64,000 nt of DNA from Eledone cirrhosa. Taxonomy: Eukaryota. Positions 53,380-64,000 of the stretch are shown here, in pieces; within the stretch, counting starts at the first letter, position 1; every line of letters starts with the position of its first letter. Below the pieces are notes generated by a model. The model saw only the letters and a list, made by a program, of their open reading frames with translations. It did not search any database and was not told the DNA's origin. The position numbers and the translations under genes are program-made. The stretch is taken from positions 301,072,001 through 301,136,000 of the forward strand of contig OZ024740.1 in the NCBI GenBank assembly GCA_964016885.1, read 5' to 3'.

Positions 53380-54430
53380 AAATTATGGACGTGGTGAGCT
53401 AATTGAAATTATTAGAAAGGATGCAAATTAAGGCCATACAAATACTGGCAATCAGGAAAATGCACCACAATATCCTGATCTACATAGGCTGCACATACGA
53501 ATATGTAAAGTCTGACGAGGGCTCCTACAGCTGGATGTTGCATACAAAACATCAACCGTCGTATTGAATAGCTACCTCCACCATATCTAGGATGCATTTC
53601 GCAAGCATGTACTCAAATAGGAACGGAATAAAAACAAATATACGCAATGACAAAGGGGGCATGCACATTTAAACAAAATCTGAACTTGGAACAAGGTAAA
53701 CTCATAAATAATCAATACCAGATTGCTGTATAGTTAGCTACAATTGCGAATATCAAAGCAATGAAACTTCAAACAGAGAAAATAAAACGTGAATGAAATA
53801 CAAAACAACTACATGTTAAATTCCCGGAGCTCCTTTCTGACAATGGTATTGATCAGCATGGCTCACTAGCCTGGCACAGAATTGCTAGTGTGAAAGCACA
53901 AGAAGCCTTAGTAGCTGCATATGACCCATCTCTAAATACTCGTGTCGATAGATATGGAATAGCTAATGCTGAATGTTTAGCAAATACGAAAATATATAAA
54001 TCATGTCACCTTTGGGTGTCCAGAGCTTCCAAAAACTGCTTATATCAAAAGGCACCACTGCAGAGCCAAATATGTGCAAATGATGCTCCGCCACTCTCCT
54101 GACATGAACACCTCCAAAAAATGTCTATGGACATCTATCAAAATCATTCATGTAAAACAGCAACATGTCCATTTTGATGGATATGCCTGCGACAGCAGAC
54201 CTAGCAATCGCTTCTGACTGACCAGATATCAACATTAAGAAAAACAAAAAAACAAAAACAACTAAACGATAGGATATGTAACCTCATAGATATTAATGAA
54301 GCAGCTGACAAGTATATATCTGTAAAAACAATGTAAAACTGTAAAATTACAAAGACATAGAAATAAAGATCAATCGCATAATGTGGATAGCCGGTAACTA
54401 TGGTAATGGGAGCACTATGATTAATACGCA
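53380..54430 (+). pseudogene. R4/Dong C-terminal relic
   Basis: RKMHH...RGLLQLDVAYKTSTVVLNSYL resembles ~16530-16660; EALVAAYDPSLNTR resembles EGMLMAAQEQALKTK in the intact ORF. Confidence 0.65.
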
Positions 54431-54443
54431 AGTCTTGCATTAT

Positions 54444-54628
54444 TGGCAGTATCGGTAGAGGGTCGGACGCCATGCTTTAACGCATAGATTTACGGCCCTT
54501 GCCATTCTGAGTTCAAATCCCGCCGAGGTTAACTTTGCTTTTCATCCTTACGGGCTCGATAAAATAAAGTACCAGTAATGCACTGGGTATTTGTTGGCCT
54601 TGTTCCAAAAGTAGAAACAATTATTATG
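54444..54628 (+). mobile_element. tRNA-derived SINE (octopus-type)
   Basis: A-box-like tggcagtatcgg, B-box gagttcaaatcc (54509-54520), body ccgaggttaactttgcttttcatcc...gataaaataaagtaccagt, (ATT) tail. Family assignment is from recall. Confidence 0.75.
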
Positions 54629-55199
54629 TCCTTCACTGCAGAATCAACAAATGTGAGTTACAGAATATTGGGTTACTATGAATATCACACATTCTCTGAC
54701 GATCTCCTTATATACAATGAAAATATATATTGCCTTAGGTTCAAGGCAGAGATTGTTCCTATCATACGAATTTATTTTACACTGGAACCACGGTCGCAAA
54801 ATGCTACTTGTGGGAAAACAGCCGCAACCCTGCAAGGTGAGTTTGCAAGCCTCGAAGAACAACGAATAAGTTAAACACGAACTAAACAAGGTAAAACATT
54901 CGATGAATATCGATGCACGTTAGTAACATAACACTTTTGATATGATCATAAGTTTTCGTATTGTAAACATAGCTAAATAGGTATAAAAAATAATCACACT
55001 ATGTTACAAATCCGATGGGTGCAATCACTTACACATGTATAACCAGTCATATCGGTACATACCAAAATTGATAACATTCTAAACGATAGACCACATTTTA
55101 ATTTTCGAAGCAATGAAACATATATTTAAGAAGACACAAATGTACACGGGATAAATATGCATGAATTCTACAAGCATATTCTACGGTATGCTATACCGT

Positions 55200-57172
55200 A
55201 AATGTTAAAAGTCATATATATTATCTGACAAAAAAACCCACAATCGACTCCAACAAACTAGCAATTTAAGGAAGTATCAATAATAAACATATATCAGACC
55301 AGGAGGAAATAGAGCTGTAAAAGAACAATTACACAACGAAACCCCGAACAATGAGAACAAAACAACGAACGAACATAAACGTATTGAGAATTTAAAACTA
55401 ACATATCTAAAACAGATAAAGTAAACGACAAAATACAAGACACCTTAACCCTAAAACAACTACAGAGTATTGACCAGCAAAAGTAGTTTCAGGACAATAG
55501 AGCCAAAAATAGACATGAAGAGAAATATGAGGAGAACGATGAGGATGTTCAAGAACACAATAGGTGAAATCTGGAAATCATCCAAGATTGCCAAACAATG
55601 GACGATCTTCCTATGGAAAAAACAATAAACCCGCCAAAGATAAAGGTTAAGAATAAAATAACAATTATATCAAACGATATTATAGCTATCATATATTTAA
55701 TATGCACAAATAGAAACATTAATATCACAAACCTACATGACAAATTATATGAAGCAGTTGCTGTTGTTGCAAAGGAAAGTGGATCCCCCTCAGATCTATG
55801 TAAACCAGTATAACAAAAGCCCCACAAACATGGAAACAAAAGATACAAATTAAGATAGAAACTAAAAAAGAAACTCTCTTTCATAAATGAAATAGGAAAT
55901 GTAACAAGAGATCTACGAATAGGAGAGACAATATAAATACTAAAGAAATATAATATAGGAAATCCCGGAGACTAAAGAATACATAAAGCTACAAAACCTT
56001 GCTTAGTCACAAATAATGCAAAGATATGTAAAACGCCAAAAGTTTCTTGAATCAAACCAACTACTTTTCACTAACCATAAGCGAATTTACCAAGAACAAG
56101 AACTTAGTAAGAGCAAAATACTTGTAAATGTAGCCCCGAAAATAAAAGAAGTGGAAGGCTTGCGGAGAAGACAATAGACAGAAAGGGAAGGTAAATTACA
56201 AGGTACAGCAGTGGCAAAAATAATTAACACATCAACTAACAACTGTGGGAAGGTATAACAGAGGGTGGGTGTAGCACACTAAAAAAGCAAGTAACTGGAA
56301 GACACCATGACAGGACAAGATCTCCATCTTTGGGTTGAAATATCTTAACTGGATTCTTGATATACTTGCAAAAAAAGTTTAATGAGATGCCGAGAGAACC
56401 ACAAAACACCTGAAGGATTCATTATGGAAAACCTACCCAGATTGCCATGAAAAAGGACAGAGCAAACCACACAAACTCCAGTCTCTTAGCATGGCTTCAT
56501 GCAGCCTACAAAATATTAACTGCAAATCTATCTCGAAAACGGAGCAAGAACCTGAAAAGAACAACCTGGAGGAGTGCAGTAAAGACACCTATAGCTGTGA
56601 AGATCAATTGCTTATCAATACCAAACTCTGCAGAAAAACTAAAAGCAGCCATCCCAGCATTGATTAGATCGTCTACCCTAATGAATTTGACAGTGTTACC
56701 AATATATGGTTACTGAACAAACTCTATATGAATAAACTAGATCCGAGAATAAAAACGTTTACCAAGCTATGAGTGAGTGGCAAACAGTTCTTCTGAATAC
56801 AAACAAACGAAGGATTGAACAATAAAGACTGCGCTCATCCCAATCAATAGGTGATTATTTCAAGGGCACTTCCTATCACTACAGATTTTCTGCCTTGCAC
56901 AAACATCAGATATCGGAGAAACTAACATAACTGATCTTGGGTGCAAATGGTCCAAGAAAAGTAACCGTCTCCTATATATATGGATGGTCTAAAGATGTAT
57001 GCTGCAGAGGAGAACGGCTTGAAAAACTTGTAGACATAGTAGATAGGTTCACAAAGGATGTAGGCATGAGATTTAGAGTTCTGAAAATGGGCCAAGTCAA
57101 ATTTAAAGAGAGTAAATCTAGTGCAAATCACTGATATCATTCAAACAAAAGAAACTGAGATAAGAAGCCTGG
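55200..57172 (+). pseudogene. Heavily degraded R4/Dong relic
   Basis: NITNLHDKLYEAVAVV resembles NITDLNHLYYASAKV; ASNWKTP*QDKI (~56290), INR*LFQG (~56845), YMDGLKMY (~56978). Confidence 0.7.
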
Positions 57173-57174
57173 AC

Positions 57175-57440
57175 TGTTTGACGTTATTGGGGTGCCGTTT
57201 GTGCCCAAAGAGTGGCGGCTATTTATAGACAGCTCCACCACAAGTTTGAAGGCTGTCCTCCTCCCCAATGGAAACAAGTTCCCGACACTGCCCCTAGGTC
57301 ATTCAGTCTGCATGAAGGAAGATTACTACAATGTAAAAGTCCTCTTGCGACCTCTGCAATACAACCAGTACAATTGGGAAATCATTGGAGACTTTAAGAT
57401 GGTGGCTTTCCTGCTTGGACTCCAAGGAGGCTTTATCAAA
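57175..57440 (+). pseudogene. DNA transposase fragment, probably Chapaev3/CMC type
   Basis: EWRLFIDSSTTSLKAVLL.NGNKFPTLPLGHS...IIGDFKMVAFLLGLQGG. Motif recognised from memory; superfamily is tentative. Confidence 0.6.
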
Positions 57441-57499
57441 TTACAATTCTCCTTCAATATTGACATGAATGACCATTTGAATGAGAGTATACCCAACCC

Positions 57500-60400
57500 A
57501 ACAACCCCGAGTTGAAAGAAAAATAAAAGAAAGAAAAATAGAAGAAAGAAAAATATCTAACCGTATCAAGTGGATGAAGTGATTATACGCATTCTATAAC
57601 ACACTGGGTAAACCCTTTCATTCAAAGAATGCAGTCATTTATTTTAGTTTAAGGAGGGAAACAAATTCATTAATCAGATGAATCATGGATGAAAATTGTG
57701 AATGTAAGAAGAGATACTATTAGATACGAGGGATTAACAGATGCAGAGATCAATGAAATTAAGAAGAACGTTGAAAAGGATTTGAAAATATCAATATCAG
57801 AAACGGATAAAAGTGAATATGTGACAAAGGAGAAACCACAAAACATATTGACTAAGTTGCCAACAGAAGGTATTTCACAAAACAATGAATGCGTAACCAA
57901 TAAAACAGAGCAGAGGCAAGCTTGAATACAGTTTGACAATACAGATGAGGACATTTTTCATCCTGAGCATTACATTTGGATAGGAAAAACAAAACATCAA
58001 ATTCTCAAAGAAATTGGCAAAACAAGAGCGTCGTAGCAAAAACTGACAAACAACAACTAGAACAAAATACACATGGGGATTGGAAATCAGGCTGTTAAAT
58101 CAATAATTGAAGAGATGGAGCCTGATGTATCAAAATTGAATGAGGTTATTTATGTTGCAACACCGGTAATAGAAAGGACATGAGTGTTAAAGAATAAGCG
58201 AAAAGGACAATATTCACCAAAAAAAACTGGAGATAACAACAGAAGTAATGTTGAAATAATGTGGCGTGAAATATCGATCTTGGATGAAATATGGTTTGGC
58301 AAAACTGTCAAGACAAGAAAAGGAAGGACAGTGATTAAGAAATATAAAGTAACTTCAAAAGCTGTTTTGCCTTTAATCAAAGAAATATAAAACAGAAAGT
58401 ACAGCTTAAAAAGAATCAGAAAATTTGGAAAGCAGAACAGGGACACAGGAAAAATAAACTGTTTATGTCAGATCCAAAAATGATTTACAGGGAAAGTGTG
58501 ACACAGTCAATTCAAGTAAAGTCACTTCCTTGAATTCACGAAATCGAAATGTGTCGGAAAATAGTATGCAATACAGAAAAATCTCAATGTAGAGTGTATA
58601 ACGAAAATCGAAAATAAATAACGCAATTTAGGAAGGCAAACCTGGCAAGATATATCTATGGAAGGAATTGCACTAGCACTTAAGTATGCCAACAAATGAA
58701 GATAAACCTCAGATTATTTTCTGTAATAGCTAATCATGATTCGCTGGTATAATATTATACAGTTATTATGCACAAGCTTCAGAAAAATCTTGGTTTGGAC
58801 AAGGTTTTACATATTTTCTGCCAAGATATTTCCAAAATTTATCATCGCATCACTGGCCTTTCCACATCAAACAAAATCCACATTTCAATCCTGACTGAGA
58901 CAACATACAAATGTATGGAAAAAAATCATCTTTTCGCTAAAGGTCTGACAATTGAAATTGAGAAAATATGGGATGCATGCACAAAGACTGAATTATTTTG
59001 AATGACAAAATAGGAGCTAAAAATTATTCGGACAGGATAAACTGGAAGCCATCTCAGCAAAAATTACAGAAAATATGGCTGACTGACAATGCTCATCTGA
59101 GAACAGCATAATCCATTTACATACCTGGTATATACATTTACTGTTTCTTCAAATCCATATTCTATACTTAGTGTGCTAATTGATTGTTAAATATGAGTGT
59201 TACCAAAGTGTTGCATCGGGTATTAGGATTACACTCAACAAGATATGGGAATGAAGCAGAATTCAAAGACGATTTCCTCCTCCAATTTACAGGCGCATGA
59301 GTTGAGCAAGCCCATTCACTGAATGTTCGCCTCTCTCACCCACATTTTTTCCTCTCATCAGGGGAGACCTGAAAAAGTTAATCATGATTTCGCTGAAGAG
59401 AAAAGAGCTTGGCTTAAACCCTTTCAAGCGCATCCGCCTCATGGCCTCTATTTCCATGGGCAGCAGACAGGTAAACACTGCCTACCCATCCCTTTTAAAG
59501 GAAGACGGAAGGGTAATCCTCACAATGGATTCAGTTGATTTGAAACTAATAGCATCCTACCCAGAAGAAAGAGAAATCTGCTTCATGGAGCCGAAACATG
59601 GAACAATCGGCAAAACAATTGAAAAGCCACAATGCCTGAGGGGTACGGTGATATTGCATAAAAAGTTGTAACGATTATCAGGCAGTTATAGTAGAGTGAC
59701 ATAACACGTTGATCAGTGACGACAGAAGAAAAAGTACACGAGTGGATAAACAAAAGTAGAATAGTGTTATGCTTGAAGATTATTGCTGAGCGGAATTGTT
59801 TATAAAGAATTCTACAGAACCTCTATGTCTTCAAGTTAGCAAATCTGATTTGATTTTAATATTGACATTAGCAAAATCTAAGTTCAGTACAAAATAGAAA
59901 ACGCGTAAACAAGTGCAATGAAAATAAGATGCATGGGCAACATATGAGTGAAAGTGAAGTGGAAATAATGTGTATAAATATATGGTTATTGATGCGCATG
60001 ATCTAACTAAAGCGAGAAAGTGTAGCTAGCCTTGGTTTGTAACACTCAGGGGCAATCCCTATAAGATATTTGTTAAACATAGTCAACAACCCAGTAAGAG
60101 TCACCTGTAAAATATGTGGAAAACGTAGAGGTTGTGTGACACCTTAACAATCAATATATTAAACTAGCCAAGAAATGATACAAAGCAGCTAGAATCATTC
60201 ATTGGGGTGGTGCAGGATTTATTGTCTTGAGATGGAAGGTAAATGGTACGAACACAACCCGAAGATCATTGTGGTGTTAAATCCTGTGGGCTTTCAGACT
60301 CTAATGAAGACTTGAAGTATAATTCAGAAACAAGCTAGCATGGTGATATTCAAAACGATCAATGCTTTAGGATATATCCTGCCCTGCAGATAACGAGAAT

Positions 60401-60540
60401 TGCTACAAAGAAAGCAAGAAACAGAACAGGAGAAATACCAAAAGCTAGAATGGAGAATAAGACACCCACGAACAATGAAGACGGTAGGAGCAATAATAAT
60501 TTGTGTGCGGCATCGTAGCATTAAAATGCCATATTTTCTT
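57500..60540 (+). pseudogene. Heavily degraded R4/Dong relic (N-terminal and RLE remnants)
   Basis: KIVNVRRDTIRYEGLTDAEINEIK resembles KLANIQRNIV...LTDIEIDKIK; KMHGQ (~59925), TCKICGK (~60103), WYEHNPK (~60243), EKYQKLEW (~60430). Confidence 0.6.
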
Positions 60541-60660
60541 ACTCTATCTCACCGTTGTCGTAGGGAGGTCATACTAGCTCCATATTACCATCCTGTGTCA
60601 AAGAATATCTCCAGTTCCATAGCGTGACACCATAGCTTCCTAGTGCCATAGTGGGGATTT

Positions 60661-60762
60661 TAATGATGATGTTGTTGTGGATGATGACAAAGATGATGGT
60701 GATATTGATGATGATGATGATGAGTAGGATGACAATGATGAGAAGGATGACGATGATGATAA
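60661..60762. repeat. Degenerate (GAT)n microsatellite
   Basis: Read directly. Confidence 0.8.
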
Positions 60763-60878
60763 TTATTTACTGACCAGTTCATTCTCCTTTGGAGACACAT
60801 ACACTCACAGATAGCATAGAATTTTACACTATCCCGTTCCCCCCCTTTTACACTTTTACGTGTATGTACACGTACGCA

Positions 60879-60944
<66 letters not shown>

Positions 60945-62315
60945 CTCACACATATCTTTGTGCAAAAGTTGAAACGCTGCCTATTTTTTCTTTTCGCCGT
61001 TGAATGTTCACCATTCCCATTCCTTCGTTTTAACTCATTCATCTCACAAGTGGACTGAAACATGGACGGACACGATTCGACTTTCATTTATATAGGTTAA
61101 AGATAATACAGAGTATCACAGATGTCAAACTCTGTGTCTTCACCTTACGGTAATTCCGACGAAAACTACACACACAATAACGGATTAATCTATCGCCCCA
61201 TGATCATTTAAAGCTCGCGATTCTAGTTTCTTTCTGCGTAGAAAAGCATAGTCAGATACGCCCACATAACTTCGGCAATCTAGTCGCTCACACCCACTTA
61301 CCATAAAACATACTGGATTCCAGCGCCACTTAGTCTACACAATAATTATTTCCCTTTAAGCATAATATTTGCGCATGCATTACAATAAACATTGAACATA
61401 TATGCAATATATTCGTTGGTGGATGGAAAACAAAGAAAGTGATAAAGTCGAATATCTAATATAAACTTTATTTTTATACGAATTCATATAGAAATCTCCA
61501 GCAGTCTCAATGTTAGCAAATTTCGCATATCTCGCTCGCTCGGAAAATTTGGTGATAGCTATCAATATTATCCATCCAGGTCTTACATATATTTATGGCT
61601 AAATAATTGTTGAATATCTCCATAATACTTGGTATTCATACAGCAAAATTCAGCCCCACGCTCAATTGTGATAATGTAACATAATTTCAACGTTAATCGT
61701 GTATGACACCTGTATCTTTTACTACACTTCAGGTATATACACTGAGATATACTATAAAACAGACATTATACATGCCCCAGATTTGTAATTATACGCATCA
61801 CATATGAGATACTTCCAACTGGTTGAATATATATTCTTAATATCTTTTTGCGAATATTACGTGCATCTGGTGTATATAATAGAGATATCGTGACAATTGA
61901 AATTATGTATGCAGACAGCCAAATGCTTCTTGGTCTTGGCATATCTGAAACACTTCGAATACTTGAAAATCAAAAATTACATTACAGCATTAAGTCTACA
62001 TTAATTTTATGTAACAATTAAAGATTCCAAGTAATTTGATGTTAAAGCAAATAAGCAAAGCTTACATTCCGATATTGTTATCACAATACAGATTAGACAT
62101 AATGATGATAAACAATTAAATTATATCAAATATTTTTGATTAATTCAAGATATTGACGTTTTAGCAGCATATGAATTAGTCGGCAACATTCTTGATTTAT
62201 ATATACTATACGAAATCGAATTGGATGCCTAGCATATTCGTACAGGTTGGACGCACGACCATGTTCGACGCACGATCATAATGTCAATGGCTCGATTCTT
62301 TGGCTATTTTGTGTA

Positions 62316-62352
<37 letters not shown>

Positions 62353-62389
62353 GTATATGTATATATATATGTATATGTATATATATATA

Positions 62390-62474
<85 letters not shown>

Positions 62475-62477
<3 letters not shown>

Positions 62478-64000
62478 CCCTAACAGCCTTATAAAAAGAA
62501 GGCCTTACCGACAAGGAATACAACTACATCACCAATTTCAAAAGCAAAACCACCCTTTTCTACGGTATCCCAAAGACACACAAAAGCGAGGTAATAGGCA
62601 GGGCCTGTAGGCAAGCTACAGACATTTACATCAATATAGCCCCTCCTGATGACCTTAAATTAAGACCCATAATAGCAGGTACCACATATGAAACCCACCG
62701 CCTAAGCAACTTCCTAGATATTCTGCTTAAACCTTTCCTAAAACACATAAAAAGCTTCATAAGAGACGACCTTGACATGCTCAACCACCTCTCAACAACA
62801 CTTAATAATGAACATACCCTACTAATGACCTTTGATGTCATCAATCCATATTCTAATATCCCACACGACTTAGGTATAGAGGCAATACAATTCTGGCTTG
62901 AACATTTCCCTAGTGAACTTCCACAGCGCATCCCTAAAGAATTTGTGTTGGAGAGACTGAAATTCATCTTGGAAAATACTTCTTCGAATTCGATGCCAAA
63001 TACTACAGAGAGAAATCTGGGACTGCCATGGGCACGAAATTAGCCCCCTCATACGCCAACCTTGTCATTGGATATTTGGAAACCACTCTTTACCGCAAAG
63101 TTCTAGAAAAATACGGCAACCACTTCTATCTACACATAGACAAAAACTGGAAGAGATATCTGGACGACTTCTGCATCCTCTGGCATGAAAGTATAGAAAG
63201 ACTGATTGAGTTTAAAACCCTTCTAAATGCACTCAACACAAACTTAAAATTTACAATCGATTACAGCCATGAACAACTCCCTTTCCTCGACATACTCATC
63301 AAGAAAACAAACAACAACATAGAAACAGACATATACTACAAACCCACAGACTCCAAACAATATCTTCCATTTAGGTCGTGCCACCCTTGCCATACAAAAA
63401 TGGCAATTCCTTATAACCTAGCCAGAAGGATCTGCAGAAAATTTCAGATAAATACAAATGCTACACACGACTAAAAGAATTAAAGAACACACTTATCAGC
63501 AGAAACTACCCACCATCCCTAATCAACAATGGATTCCATCGTGCCCTAAAACTCAAGATCCAGGAACTCAGACACCCCAAACCCAGGAATGAACCGCAAC
63601 AGAAAACTCTACCATACATCTCCACACACAACCCTTTCAACAATGAGGCATTCGACACATTCCTTCAGAACATTCCTTTACTAAAAAGAGACCCAAGAAT
63701 GGACAAAATCCTCCCAACACACAACATCATAAAGAGCAAAAGACAACCGAAATTCAGAAAAAACATCCTCACACAAGCCAAAATCCAACCAACCCTCACA
63801 ATGAACCCTACAGTAAAAAAATGCGGAAGGCCCAACTTTTCATAGAAGGTTGAACATTCCATTTTAAACAAGGTCAACATTTCACAGTTAAACACAACTT
63901 TACTGGTGCATCTGAAAACTTAATCTATGCTTTGACCTGCTCAGGCTGTCAGGAACACTACATAGGTCAGACAAAAAACAGCCTCCGACAACGTATGACC
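62475..64000 (+). mobile_element. Penelope-like element (Neptune-like) RT + start of GIY-YIG, frameshifted, runs off the window
   Basis: LKLRPIIAG, LMTFDVINPYSNIPH, GTAMGTKLAPSYANL, WKRYLDDF, LPFLDILI, YYKPTDSKQYL; NLIYALTCSGCQEHYIGQT at the end. Confidence 0.92.

Overview
AT-rich eukaryotic repeat DNA with no recognisable host gene. A tRNA-derived SINE resembling octopus families suggests a cephalopod genome (inference). The window is a dense nest of retroelements set in (TA)n/(CA)n/(TAA)n microsatellites. It holds many Penelope-like element (PLE) fragments (RT and GIY-YIG), most with fold-back (inverted pseudo-LTR) architecture. It also holds one near-intact R4/Dong non-LTR element (RT + restriction-like endonuclease), several R4 relics and a probable Chapaev-type transposase fragment. 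The standout is a ~4.5 kb non-coding array of near-identical 310-bp units (37224-41691; ~1.9 units on -, ~12.5 on +). Each full unit carries a type I hammerhead ribozyme motif closed by a perfect 16-bp helix, so the array looks like a retrozyme concatemer predicted to release 310-nt, probably circular, RNAs. Further hammerhead-like motifs sit at PLE termini, with family-specific palindromic stem III, long stem II insertions and non-canonical cores. Most short ORFs in the track are microsatellite artefacts. All alignments and pairings were read by eye, so element boundaries are approximate.
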